From a virus: 64,000 nucleotides of DNA. This document shows positions 1-14,084 of this stretch, piece after piece. Numbering within the stretch: position 1 is the stretch's first letter; every line of letters starts with the position of its first letter. A program made the translations under genes and the position numbers. The stretch is taken from positions 32,001 through 96,000 of the IMG/VR virus record IMGVR_UViG_3300042987_002978; one strand, 5' to 3'. The notes beneath the pieces are model-generated. The model was not told where the DNA came from. It saw nothing but the letters and a program-made list of their open reading frames with translations, and made no database searches.

Positions 1-280
1 TCAGCGCGCGTCCCATCGCTTTTGAGCAGAGAACGTTCCATGCATCAGTGTCGCGGCCTTTTGCATCAGACACGGACTTGTAACCGATGAACGGAGTATC
101 GCCCTTGAAGCGCGTCACCGTAGCAATGCAGACCTTTTCGTCTTTCTTGCTGAACGACGCAGGGATTCCCGCATCAGCGGCAGTACCTTCCGTGAATTCG
201 ACAGTGGCATCAGGCCAATCTGCCTTAAACATTGACCACCTCAGTGAGGTGGAGATGTAATCGTCAAAGTTTATGGGCAT
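1..280 (-). CDS. Putative ssDNA-annealing (Rad52/Sak-like) phage protein, runs off window edge
   Basis: Not in the ORF track; hand-translated MPINFDDYISTSLRWSMFKADWPDATVEF...WNVLCSKAMGRAL, with AGGAGG RBS upstream. The N-terminal DY...R...F...P and 'AMGRAL' motifs resemble phage Rad52-like proteins. Confidence 0.55.
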   Translation of the reverse strand, partial: MPINFDDYISTSLRWSMFKADWPDATVEFTEGTAADAGIPASFSKKDEKVCIATVTRFKGDTPFIGYKSVSDAKGRDTDAWNVLCSKAMGRAL

Positions 281-338
281 ACGCCCTCCTAACTTATTTG
301 TGGGTTGGTTTGATTACGACCACTATACAGGGCCGGCG

Positions 339-509
339 TTACAATTCCAACTCGCCACCGTCAGCAACGTTTTGCTGCTGTTTTTGGGATTGGGGCTGGA
401 CTCGCATTGCCTGGATTGTGGCTTTGAGTATGGCATTTTCACGGGTCAAATTGGCGATTTGCAAAGTTAGTTCACCAATTACGACATTGACATCTGGCTG
501 TTGGTTCAT
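339..509 (-). CDS. Small coiled-coil hypothetical protein (56 aa)
   Basis: Hand-translated MNQQPDVNVVIGELTLQIANLTRENAILKATIQAMR...; start overlaps the stop of the upstream gene (ATGA coupling). Confidence 0.7.
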   Translation of the reverse strand: MNQQPDVNVVIGELTLQIANLTRENAILKATIQAMRVQPQSQKQQQNVADGGELEL

Positions 510-1483
510 ACTCTAAGCATACACCTAGCCACGTGTCTTCTGACCGCTCTCCTGTCTTTCATATGATTAAAAATATCGATATATCTGAATTCCACATCAA
601 CCACGGATTTGATGTCATCCTCAAACGGATACCAATAATCCGGATGTATTGTAATACCAATAAACTTAGTCCCGCGTTTGCAAAACAAGCCGTTGTAAAA
701 TCCGGTTCCGAGTATTCCGGCGACGTGGGTAGCAGAAGCAAAAAGTCCTATTTGTTCGTCCATTGGCATGCCAGACGGCTGAATTATTGAATAGCCGTTT
801 TCAATAAAAACACTTTCTATTTCTTCTTCAACCCAGTCCTCGTTGTAACGCAGGCGCCTTTGTTCTTTTAACCAGTCGCTGTTAACGGGATGCTCAAACT
901 TCCATTCATCTAGTTGTTTGCTAACAACCCGACGAGATATAAAAATCTTTTCTTGCTTTTTCTCCGGGTATTTTGCCTTTTCCAAGAACATGTATCGCAA
1001 TTCATTGTTTAGGCCCGGAGTTTTCGTATAGTCCTTAAACTTGTCTTGATAGTCGGCAAGGATTTGCTGCCCATCAAACACGACGACAAGACGCTCTATT
1101 ATGTAGCAAGACTTGTTGAATGAATATACGTCTATGTTCCCAGCACAGTCTTTTTTTATGAAAGACTCTGTCCATTCGCATACGTCGCACATTTGTTGGT
1201 GTTTCGGGTATACATAAGCATAATTTTCAACCCATAGATATTTTGCCGAGTGGTCATATGTGTGTTTGTAGTGAAGAAAAGACGCAAAGTATTCTTTTAA
1301 GTAGTGAAAATAGTGCGGCGTACACGTGATTATTAAATTGGTTCCGTTGAAGCATTGAATATCATCGCTTTCGACGTTCCCAATCACAACATTTTCATAA
1401 ACCCTTATGTAATTGTTTTCGTCATCAATGATTTTGTATGAATCGTACCCAATAGGCCACTTGAACCTAGCGTGGTCATCCAT
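506..1483 (-). CDS. Glycosyltransferase family 61 (DUF563-like)
   Basis: HYFHYLKE, KIFISRR, GYSIIQPSGMPMDEQIGLFASATHVAGILGTGFYNGLFC motifs typical of GT61. Confidence 0.8.
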   Translation of the reverse strand: MDDHARFKWPIGYDSYKIIDDENNYIRVYENVVIGNVESDDIQCFNGTNLIITCTPHYFHYLKEYFASFLHYKHTYDHSAKYLWVENYAYVYPKHQQMCDVCEWTESFIKKDCAGNIDVYSFNKSCYIIERLVVVFDGQQILADYQDKFKDYTKTPGLNNELRYMFLEKAKYPEKKQEKIFISRRVVSKQLDEWKFEHPVNSDWLKEQRRLRYNEDWVEEEIESVFIENGYSIIQPSGMPMDEQIGLFASATHVAGILGTGFYNGLFCKRGTKFIGITIHPDYWYPFEDDIKSVVDVEFRYIDIFNHMKDRRAVRRHVARCMLRV

Positions 1484-2810
1484 ATTTATACCATCTGACT
1501 GCTGTTTGCTTGTTTCCTCTCAGTACGGAATTTATGCGATGGAAAAATGCATAAGTAGATGGGAAAACAATTATTTTTCCTGGCTCAGATGGTATTGATA
1601 TGCCGTGTTTTTCAAACACCATTTCGCCTCCTTCAAAATCATCATTTAACATCACGGTTACTGAAGTAATGCGGTTATAGTTTGGCGCATCATCAAAATG
1701 GTCGTGAAATTTACCTCCTTGCTCGTACCGCAAAAGAGTCCATTCGCTTGATATGAGTTCTGGGATATTGTAAGTCTCTCTATAATCACGCATTATGTCA
1801 TCCATGGCTTTATTTAGATTTACATAAAGCCGTTTTGCTGGGTCATGGGGGTGACAATCATTAACTTTTTCATTAAGTATGTATGAAAAAGAACTCCTAG
1901 CGTTAAGGTTTACGACAGGGTCTCCGTTTGGCCCAATAACGCGAGACCTTTCCCACATTTTGAATCCAACGTTTCGCGACAGACCATCAAGCACCATTGC
2001 GGACTCTTTTGAAATTGAATACTGAATTAGCCCAGGAGCAAGTGTTTGCTTGCTTTGAAATCCCATATCCATTATTTCTATATCGTCATCTACATAACGC
2101 CCGAATTGCGCGTTATATATGTTTAAAACGTTTGAATAGTCATGACACTTTCCGCAAATTGGTTGTTCAACCGGAGAATCTGGCAATGGGAAAAAACGGG
2201 CTCTGTTGAAGTATCTTACATCTCCGTCATTTCCATACTTGTGAATGTCTTGGGCATTGGTCTGTATCCAATGGTCAGGTTTGGTAAATTCAAGAAAAAG
2301 CACCGTTGTATATAAAGATGGGTCATCAGTTGGATACGGAGGCCTTGAATGCATGTTTTGCTGACCAGCAAATATGATTGCGCTATTTTCTATCTGTTTG
2401 TAACTCACTCGCTCAACACGTAAATCCCAATCAGCGTTGTTATCAATCGTTATGTCAATGGTTGATTGTGTGCCGTTCTGGTCGCAATGCTCCCAAAGCG
2501 AGGGAATGCAACCTTCGTGAATTTGATATCTGGAAACGAAAAAAAATGACTTTTGCAAAGTTGGGTCGTTGCATAATTCGCGTGCTTTTTGAGTGCAATA
2601 TGATTCAATATCGGCATCGAATGTAATTCCTGCTTCCCACCTTCCCATCATGGTGTGATATTTGTGGGGGCCAGATGGTCCCAGATTCAGTGCGGCAATG
2701 GCTGATTTGACACGCGAAAACATCTCATCGGGGAAAAAATTTGGCGACACATACGGTGAGCCAATAGTCGGCTCAGGAAGCGGAAATTCAATTACTCCGT
2801 TGCGCCGCAT
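1476..2810 (-). CDS. Tandem two-domain 2OG-Fe(II) oxygenase; C-terminal domain prolyl-4-hydroxylase-like
   Basis: C-terminal: LLRYEQGGKFHDHFDD...SVTVMLNDDFEGGEMVF...IVFPS..FFHRINSV. N-terminal: SRY..WEHCDQ...IIFAGQQNMHSRP (a second HxD...H set). Confidence 0.85.
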   Translation of the reverse strand: MRRNGVIEFPLPEPTIGSPYVSPNFFPDEMFSRVKSAIAALNLGPSGPHKYHTMMGRWEAGITFDADIESYCTQKARELCNDPTLQKSFFFVSRYQIHEGCIPSLWEHCDQNGTQSTIDITIDNNADWDLRVERVSYKQIENSAIIFAGQQNMHSRPPYPTDDPSLYTTVLFLEFTKPDHWIQTNAQDIHKYGNDGDVRYFNRARFFPLPDSPVEQPICGKCHDYSNVLNIYNAQFGRYVDDDIEIMDMGFQSKQTLAPGLIQYSISKESAMVLDGLSRNVGFKMWERSRVIGPNGDPVVNLNARSSFSYILNEKVNDCHPHDPAKRLYVNLNKAMDDIMRDYRETYNIPELISSEWTLLRYEQGGKFHDHFDDAPNYNRITSVTVMLNDDFEGGEMVFEKHGISIPSEPGKIIVFPSTYAFFHRINSVLRGNKQTAVRWYKYG

Positions 2811-2816
2811 GGCGGG

Positions 2817-3080
2817 TTACCATTTTTCTATCGGACAAGAAGCGTTAGAAAGACGCGTTTTTAATGGCATTATGCACCCACACTCGCGACACTGCTGAGT
2901 GGCTTTTATGAACCTGTCACATTCCCTACAAATTGCCAAACGCGATTGAATCACATCTTCAGTTACGCGCAATCCTGGATTAAGAATATGCCATGGCCTA
3001 GCCTTACCATTTGCGCTTTGCGACTCTTTATATTTATCCCAATTGCTTTTAGGCTGATTCTGTGAAGGTTCCATTTGCAT
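2817..3080 (-). CDS. Small Cys-cluster protein (DUF6171-like), copy 1
   Basis: RLAICRECDRF..QCRECGCIMPLKTRLSNASCPIEKW; paralog at 28390-28554. Confidence 0.75.
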   Translation of the reverse strand: MQMEPSQNQPKSNWDKYKESQSANGKARPWHILNPGLRVTEDVIQSRLAICRECDRFIKATQQCRECGCIMPLKTRLSNASCPIEKW

Positions 3081-3453
3081 ATGTCCATCCTGTGACCACT
3101 GCCGGAGTTGCTGAAGTTATTTCTGCCAATGTTGGGTTACTTGTAAGCGCTGCGGCAAGCAGTTCGTTTGATATGTGAAGTGTGTAAAGCGCAGAGCCAT
3201 TTACATGCAGTTCAATCACGGCATGACCTTCCGGAACACTGTGCGCCGAAGTTACGTCGACGATTGTCCCATCTCTAAACGCTTCCCACAAGGGCGGATA
3301 CGTCGGAAAAGTTGCGACAACCCGACCGTCTATAACCACCGCGACGGCGACACCCTTTGACGAGCCTTCTGGAAGGCCGCGACGCACAGAGGGAATCCAC
3401 TCCCATCCACAATCAGACCCCAAATACTCAAAACCAGATGTTTTCGTAATCAT
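3049..3453 (-). CDS. Hypothetical 'VIDG.V...LAAAL..NP...WTY' protein, copy 1 (putative tip chaperone)
   Basis: Shares motifs with 28026-28367; lies directly after the Cys-rich tail protein. Confidence 0.7.
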   Translation of the reverse strand: MITKTSGFEYLGSDCGWEWIPSVRRGLPEGSSKGVAVAVVIDGRVVATFPTYPPLWEAFRDGTIVDVTSAHSVPEGHAVIELHVNGSALYTLHISNELLAAALTSNPTLAEITSATPAVVTGWTYANGTFTESA

Positions 3454-3486
3454 ATAATCATCCTACCTTTTCGTTAATGGCTGTTC

Positions 3487-7475
<3,989 letters not shown>

Positions 7476-7476
<1 letters not shown>

Positions 7477-8348
7477 TAGTAATACGCCTTCCTATACGAG
7501 ATTGAAACAGTACCAGTTCCAGAGGTGGCGGAGAACGTTATGTCATTGGCCATCGGAAAAATTTCAAACCAAGACTGACGCGCACCGGCACGATACAACT
7601 TGGAGACGTCGTTGACCGCATTTTTCTCAAGCGTCAAGGCATCAGTATCGATAATTACCGATTGTCCAGTAGGAATCGTACCCGTGTATCCAAGTGACGA
7701 GAGACTGTCCGGATAGGTTTCGTTGGTTATCTTTGGGTTTTGAAGACTCGAAGTAGACGTGAAAGTTATAGTCATATACGTCGTGGGCGCAGTGCCAACG
7801 GCGGTGGCAGGCATCGGTACTGCAATATTCGAGCCAGAGAAGGTGGCAGAAGAAGACACCGACGTCAGCGAGAACCAACGCGGGTCAGGAAACTGGACAT
7901 CGACGCTGAACTCTGTGTAGTTAAGGTCTCGGTGGTCAGAAACCGTTATAGAACTAACGACTTCCCCATATGCGACCCTGGAAGAATACACGCCTGGGTT
8001 TGAAGGGTCAACCCTTACGTGCGTAACCGTAAGAAGTTGCGGCATTTCATTCAATAGATTGAAGACGGTGTCGTAGTTCTCGTTGAACTGTGAGCGGCGC
8101 CCTGCTTCTGTAGTTGCGACAGAACCGCTCACTGGGTCGTTGTCAGTTATCCAAATTGTCCAGGTTTCTGTCCTGGTATCGAGGCGCTTTTCGCGCCACT
8201 GTTGGCCATGAATAATTGCCGAGCCAACGTTTTCTCCTTTTTTCGCCGGTATTCCACGGTCAACCGCCGAAAGCATGTACCCGTGCGTGGCAAGTTCGAC
8301 TCCGTTGACGTCGTACCACTCAAGAACATTTGGAAGAACTGTCGCCAT
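7476..8348 (-). CDS. Distal tail protein (Dit)
   Basis: Immediately after TMP; [13 protein letters not shown]...[14 protein letters not shown]...ISYRKAYY Dit-like motifs. Confidence 0.8.
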
Positions 8349-8353
8349 TTACA

Positions 8354-11300
8354 TCACCCGAACAATCCGCTGTTTGCCAGGACCTTCATGCGGCGAGTGA
8401 TTGAGTCTTCTGCTGCTTCTGGGACCGGGTTGTTCACTGTTACAACAATATTATTGGGAGCAGATGTCGTGCTGGCACCCTGTGTCACTTCACGGGTACG
8501 GGTATATCTGTCCATGGCTGAATTCGTAACTATAGTGCCGCTTACCTTTGGCACGAATATTTCAGGTCCGCGTTCTCCAACAAGATACGGAGTTTCCTGT
8601 TTTACTGGTCCACCGACAGCCATTCCCTTGATTCGACGTGATGCAAGATATGTTGAGTACTGACTTTGTGCAATTACAGCCATTGCATTCACGTATTCTG
8701 CGCTTTGTTGAACGCCGACAATTGAGCCATACCTAGTTGCTGCAGCACCGTAAAGTGATTTCAAGGTCTCAGTGTTGAGGTTTGATTTGTTCTTTGCAAA
8801 CCACGAATCATAGTCAAGAGTCCCAAGTTGGTAATCACCAAGTCCTGGCACTGTTGCTCCAGGACCCTTGCCTCCACTGCTTGTGACCGTGGCATTGACG
8901 CTTACATTCAGACGCAACGGCGATTTATCAAGCGCATCTTGTGCGGCCGTTTGAATAGCCTTGAAAATTGTCGGTCCTAGCGACTTTAGATTTTGATACA
9001 TCTCGCTTTTTTCATCGAGAAGACCTTTTGACAAATCAGTGAAGTTTGCACCGATTGAGGCGGTCAAGGCGCTGACACTTCCACCTGTTTTGACGATGTT
9101 GGCAAATACTCCATCCGGACCATAAAGATTTTGGTCGAACAGTCCTTTTGTCGTTGTTATGTTATTGCCGAGCGTCGAGACGTATCCACCGACTGTTGAT
9201 GTGTACCCACCAAGGCCTTTAACACTTTCGCCAAGATTGAACAAATCACTGTTGCCGACTTGAAGTTTTCCGCTCGCTATCCCGGTAGCAGCAGCAAGGT
9301 CGTTATAAACCTTTCCAAGTTCCGCGTGATTTATGTAAAGAAGAGCAGCGGCTTCTTGCACGTCTTGATATGCGCTAAGAATGTTCACCGTTGCGCCGGC
9401 AAGATTCAACTGTTTGTTTTCTAGTTCTACAGTTGCGTCTATAAATCCGTTTTGCGCACCGAGAACATCATCGCTCACTTCTGATGCTGCAGCCCTTGCT
9501 TCGTAAAGGGCGATTTCTGCATCGACAAGTTCCGTGTAGGACAGGCGGCCCATTGCATAATCACGCGACGCGCGCTCGAACTCAATTTGTAATTGGTCAA
9601 TTCTGGATTGTTCATATCCAGTGACCTCTGCTCCGCCACCCATCCCGTAGCGGGTCTCTGCATATTGCTGTTCGCGAGCGGCTTTCTTCCGTCGAGACTC
9701 AAGACCGCGTTGCATGTTTATCAATTTGGCAAGGTCTGTTTGTGCTTTGCGAAAATCTAGTTGTGACCTGATGTAATCACCAAGCGAGCCAATGATGTCT
9801 TTCATCCGACCAATGGTTTCTTTAACAAAATCCGCTGCCGGAGTCTCCACATCTCCCTTCTTCTCCAAGAAGTCTTTGTAGAACTTGTTTGCACCCTTTC
9901 GCCCACCTGATTTGTATGCCTTATTAACTGCTTCCGCAAGTGACTTTTCAATCGCCCTGCCTGAACGACCGCCCATTTCGTCTTTGAAACCCTTTGCAAA
10001 ACCTTGCGCAGTGGGAACACCGACTTCCTTTGCCATGACTGCCGACGGGCTCTTGATTCCAAGGCGAATCTTGAGGCGAGCAATGACATCGTTGCCCAAA
10101 GCGTCAATGGCCTTGCTTACTGCTGGTCGACCGTTTTCTATACCGCGTGACATTCCGTCGGTCAGCGCAGTTCCAATCAATTCTGCTTTTGTGCCAGCAA
10201 CATCTTCCGTGTCTTGCGCTCCGAGAAGTGTGTCAAGCATTTGCGGACCAAAATTATGGAGTTCAAAGAATGCCATGATGTCTTCTTCTTTGAGGCCTGC
10301 GGCGATTCCGGTTCCCAATATTTGCGTCATTCCTTGACCAAGTGCAGCCGCAGCACCCTCTTCATCCATTTGGGCTGCATAAGTATTTACAACTTCAAGA
10401 ACGGCGTCCATTGAGTCAAGGAGGGCGGCTTTTGCCTTGTCCGCCGCTTCCGTTCCGGCAAAAAGGTCTCCACCGGCACTCTTTGCATCATCTCCAAGGT
10501 CTCGTATTGAGGAACGGTAATCGATTTGCGCTTCGGTCATGTCCCTTGCAAGACCCATGAGCGCTTCTTGCCCGCGCTGGAATTCTTTTATTGCGTTTGT
10601 CGCGGCATCGTATTCAGTGACGAGGTCGCGAATACTCAGGGCATAACCTTGCGAGAACCTGTCTTCTAGCCCAGATATGACAGTGTCAAGAGTTTGATGC
10701 TGTGTGGTTACGCCTTTTGCGCTTGCCTTGAATTCATCATAAACTTTGCGGAAGCGAGTGAATGCCTCCGTGTTTCCACGGGCATTTGTCTCGACCCCCT
10801 TCATCGCGTCTTGTAACTTCTTATAAACCGCCTGTACCTCAGTGTTGTCTGTTACGCCAAACGTATTCTTGATGAAGTCTTCAGCCGCAGATTTGTTTTT
10901 ATCCGAAAACTGCTCATTGAATATATTGGCGAGGTTTCCAGTTGAGTCTCCGACAAGGTCAAATTTGTCTTTAAGGCCAGTAAGTGCAGAACCGACGATG
11001 TCCGAAATGGCCATAGATTGGTCGTGTGCTTTCACTCCAGCCTTTGTCCATGCGTCCTGGAATTTGCTGATTGTCTCTACCAGGGGGTTAAGTTGTCCTG
11101 TGTCTTGGATGCCTTGCGTAAATGCCTTTCCGTATTCAACTGCCGCATCGTAATATCCAGAGACGTCAGTCCCCTTGGCGAACGCCGCTGCCTGTTCTTC
11201 AAGTGAGCCAAAAGGATTGAAAATGTTTGCAAAGTCAGTGCCACGAGATGCATCTTCTGCCGCGACGCTGGCAACTTGAATCAAGCCGTCTGTCAACGTG

Positions 11301-13288
11301 TCACCGGTACGATTCTTGACTGCTCCGGCAGTTACTTGTTGAGGTGTGAGTTTAAGTGTGTCGGTGAAAAAGTTGACAAAGTTGTCTTTCAGTTCTTGTG
11401 TGTTGCCGCCTAAACTCGTCGCTGCCAATCCGCGCACGTATGCCGCTGCGTATTCTTTGCCTTGCGTGTCCGCAATTTTCTTAATTGTTGCGATTAGGCC
11501 AGGAGAGGATTCTTCAAGTTCTTTTTCTAACTGAGCGTTTATGTCTTCGCGTTTTGACGTTGTAAAGTCGACCTGAATATCGAATATGATTCCAGTACGT
11601 CCAAATTTTGCGGTTTCATTCAATAATTCTTTGACTTTTGTTACTCCATCAGACACGCTTTCAAGCGCATCGGAGCCATCGTTTTTGAACTTATTGAACA
11701 CCCACTTGAAGGCCATGAAGCCAAGGTATAAAGCAGTTATTCCCATCATTATCGGGCCCATAACAGACATCAGCGTGCCCATCGCTGTTGTCAAATAATA
11801 AACTGAGGTTCCGGCAATCCTTACGGTAGAGGCCAAAAATCCAGTAGCGGTTGTCCATGTTCCTGTCGCTGCCGCTGCCGTTCCGGTTGCGCCGGCAGCA
11901 GTTGAAGTTGCGGCTGTATATTTCAACACCTCACCAGTGGCTGCGTTGTACTGGAATTGTTGACCGAACAACATCATGTTTGTCTGCGCGCCAAGACGAA
12001 CGAATGCCGACATTGTTTTCATCACCATCGCAAGAGCAGATGTCATTATCACCAAACCAGTGACGACGTATGTCAACACCTTGCCAACGCCACTGCCAAA
12101 CACCTTTGAGAATCCCTTGGCTATCATTGTCCCTGCTTTGAGAAAAACCTGAACAACTGGCTTTAGCGCGTCGCCAAGTTGAATCAAAGCAGCCTGTTGT
12201 TCCGCAAGCGCTCTGTTGAAATCGGCATCTATCGTTTCTTGATATGTCTTAAAGGCGTAGTCAAGGTCGCCTGTCGATGCGGCCATTCGCTCAAAAATCT
12301 TTTCATTTTCTTCTGCTGCCGGACCGACAAGTGACAAAACTGCGGTGAGCGCTCGGACGTTACCGAAGACTTTCGTAAAGTCTCCTGCTTGTTCAATTCC
12401 TCCGATTGCGTCGCGTAATTCAATGAGTGCAGCAAACAGACCTTTTTCGCGGACATTTTGTCTGATTTCGTCAGCGCTTGTTCCGACGCCCTTTAAGACT
12501 TCTTGTGCCTGTTTTGACGGTTTTAGCAACTGCGACAAAGTTTGACGAACATAAATTGCCGCAGTACCTGCCGACAAACCGCCTCTTGATAGGGCGGCAA
12601 TGGCGGCTGATACGTCTTCAAATGATGCACCATATGCTGCCGCCACTGGCAACACTTTGCCCAGAGCAGGAGCGAATGTATCGGCTTCCGCTTTACCTTC
12701 TCGCACCGTTGCCACAAGCACGTCTGTCGCTCTCGCAGCAGACATATTTGCGACTCCGTAGGCGTTCATGGTCGACGTGACTGCATCGGCAACCGTGTTG
12801 GTAGTACCGAGGCCTGCTGCGGCAGCCTTTGCCGAAGACTCAAGAACTTCTAGGGCGATGTTTGCATCTTTGATACCGGCTGATGTGATGTAGTAAAGAG
12901 CATCAGCAAGTTCAATCGGTGCCCTGGTAGTTTCTCCCGCCAAGGAAAGAACCTTTTTCTTCATCAGGTCCAATGAGTCGCCAGTTACTACCACCAATCC
13001 CTTGATGCGATTGAACGAAAGTTCGAATTGGCGAGACATCTGAATCGCTTGCTTGCCAGCATTCACAAATACGCCGACGACCGTATATTTGATGAGTGAT
13101 GCGGTCATTCGCATTGCGTCGCCGAGAGTTCGTGCGCTTATCGTGCCAACGCCCAACCCTTTTGCCATACCACCAGAAGCAGCAGTAACTGCGCCCATGC
13201 TGCGGGCTGCAGTCGTAGCACCAGTGGTTGTGATGCGAACTTGGATGTTTAGCGGCGGCATTCCGCCTGTTCCTGCTGCTGCTGGCAT
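8354..13288 (-). CDS. Tail tape measure protein (TP901-type core)
   Basis: 1644 aa, Ala-rich and helical; ELADALYYITSAG, ATDVLVATVREG, LGIKSPS and C-terminal AVGGPV...YLVGERGPEIFVP motifs. Confidence 0.95.
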   Translation of the reverse strand: MPAAAGTGGMPPLNIQVRITTTGATTAARSMGAVTAASGGMAKGLGVGTISARTLGDAMRMTASLIKYTVVGVFVNAGKQAIQMSRQFELSFNRIKGLVVVTGDSLDLMKKKVLSLAGETTRAPIELADALYYITSAGIKDANIALEVLESSAKAAAAGLGTTNTVADAVTSTMNAYGVANMSAARATDVLVATVREGKAEADTFAPALGKVLPVAAAYGASFEDVSAAIAALSRGGLSAGTAAIYVRQTLSQLLKPSKQAQEVLKGVGTSADEIRQNVREKGLFAALIELRDAIGGIEQAGDFTKVFGNVRALTAVLSLVGPAAEENEKIFERMAASTGDLDYAFKTYQETIDADFNRALAEQQAALIQLGDALKPVVQVFLKAGTMIAKGFSKVFGSGVGKVLTYVVTGLVIMTSALAMVMKTMSAFVRLGAQTNMMLFGQQFQYNAATGEVLKYTAATSTAAGATGTAAAATGTWTTATGFLASTVRIAGTSVYYLTTAMGTLMSVMGPIMMGITALYLGFMAFKWVFNKFKNDGSDALESVSDGVTKVKELLNETAKFGRTGIIFDIQVDFTTSKREDINAQLEKELEESSPGLIATIKKIADTQGKEYAAAYVRGLAATSLGGNTQELKDNFVNFFTDTLKLTPQQVTAGAVKNRTGDTLTDGLIQVASVAAEDASRGTDFANIFNPFGSLEEQAAAFAKGTDVSGYYDAAVEYGKAFTQGIQDTGQLNPLVETISKFQDAWTKAGVKAHDQSMAISDIVGSALTGLKDKFDLVGDSTGNLANIFNEQFSDKNKSAAEDFIKNTFGVTDNTEVQAVYKKLQDAMKGVETNARGNTEAFTRFRKVYDEFKASAKGVTTQHQTLDTVISGLEDRFSQGYALSIRDLVTEYDAATNAIKEFQRGQEALMGLARDMTEAQIDYRSSIRDLGDDAKSAGGDLFAGTEAADKAKAALLDSMDAVLEVVNTYAAQMDEEGAAAALGQGMTQILGTGIAAGLKEEDIMAFFELHNFGPQMLDTLLGAQDTEDVAGTKAELIGTALTDGMSRGIENGRPAVSKAIDALGNDVIARLKIRLGIKSPSAVMAKEVGVPTAQGFAKGFKDEMGGRSGRAIEKSLAEAVNKAYKSGGRKGANKFYKDFLEKKGDVETPAADFVKETIGRMKDIIGSLGDYIRSQLDFRKAQTDLAKLINMQRGLESRRKKAAREQQYAETRYGMGGGAEVTGYEQSRIDQLQIEFERASRDYAMGRLSYTELVDAEIALYEARAAASEVSDDVLGAQNGFIDATVELENKQLNLAGATVNILSAYQDVQEAAALLYINHAELGKVYNDLAAATGIASGKLQVGNSDLFNLGESVKGLGGYTSTVGGYVSTLGNNITTTKGLFDQNLYGPDGVFANIVKTGGSVSALTASIGANFTDLSKGLLDEKSEMYQNLKSLGPTIFKAIQTAAQDALDKSPLRLNVSVNATVTSSGGKGPGATVPGLGDYQLGTLDYDSWFAKNKSNLNTETLKSLYGAAATRYGSIVGVQQSAEYVNAMAVIAQSQYSTYLASRRIKGMAVGGPVKQETPYLVGERGPEIFVPKVSGTIVTNSAMDRYTRTREVTQGASTTSAPNNIVVTVNNPVPEAAEDSITRRMKVLANSGLFG

Positions 13289-13339
13289 GCAAATATTTTC
13301 TCATAAGCATGTCAAATTCGCAAACGGCTAAAAGCCGGT

Positions 13340-13555
13340 CTATTTGTTTACTGCCATTCCCATCTGGGCAGCAAAAGCCATCAATTGTTCTGCACCAGCC
13401 CGTTTCTTCATCCAGCCACGAGCCTCGAACATTATCGCTGTTTGTGCGGGGCTCAGTTCCCAGAATTCTTGGAGCGGGCGGCCCGTTTGACACCAGAGTC
13501 CGAGCCACTGGTGCCATTGTCCTGTGCTGGAGGCATTATCTGTTCCAGGTTTTCC
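13340..13555 (-). CDS. Tail assembly chaperone -1 frameshift extension (gpT-like segment)
   Basis: Overlapping -1 frame encodes WLGLWCQTGRPLQEFWELSPAQ ('EFW.L.P.Q' typical of gpT segments); no convincing start of its own. Confidence 0.75.
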   Translation of the reverse strand, partial: GKPGTDNASSTGQWHQWLGLWCQTGRPLQEFWELSPAQTAIMFEARGWMKKRAGAEQLMAFAAQMGMAVNK

Positions 13556-13986
13556 AGGAGTTTTTCTTTGTTTTCTTCGGCGAGCGCGAGCGCCTGCTTT
13601 AGCATCCGGCTCGCCGCGATAGGGTCCACGCCGTTGGCAATCGACCATGCCGTCCCCACAACGTTCGAATAGGTGATGATTTCTCCGTCAAGCATTGCTT
13701 CGCCGACATCGTGAAGCGGCCTACGCAAAACGAACGCCAATGTCTGGCGCATCGTGTTATAGGGCTTTTTCTCAAGTTGTTCTTGCCATGACTCAAGGCC
13801 ACCAAAATATTCCTCAATGTCAGAAATCGAATTGTTATTGAAACGAATGAAAAGGGTCTCTGTAACGACCTCTTCTTTCTCGTCGAGCACTCGTGCCCAA
13901 TCCGATTCACCCGCACCAGTTTTTTGCGTCTTGGCAAATTGGCACGGAATTCCCTTGTTCTTTAGCACTGTAGGTGTATAGTCCAT
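13453..13986 (-). CDS. Tail assembly chaperone (gpG-like)
   Basis: Between major tail protein and TMP; IRFNNNSISDIEEYFG motif; start MDYTP preceded by TATGCT -10 (leaderless). Confidence 0.8.
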   Translation of the reverse strand: MDYTPTVLKNKGIPCQFAKTQKTGAGESDWARVLDEKEEVVTETLFIRFNNNSISDIEEYFGGLESWQEQLEKKPYNTMRQTLAFVLRRPLHDVGEAMLDGEIITYSNVVGTAWSIANGVDPIAASRMLKQALALAEENKEKLLENLEQIMPPAQDNGTSGSDSGVKRAARSKNSGN

Positions 13987-14023
13987 GCAGCCAGCATACA
14001 CACGGACCTAGATACGCGCAAAC

Positions 14024-14059
14024 GCCAGCCTTGGGGCCACACACAACCCCAAGACTGGC
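14024..14059 (-). terminator. Stem-loop after major tail gene (probable terminator/attenuator)
   Basis: GCCAGTCTTGGGG...CCCCAAGGCTGGC inverted repeat on -; weak U-tract. Confidence 0.55.
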
Positions 14060-14084
14060 GAGCGCCAGCAGAACTATTTAGTTA

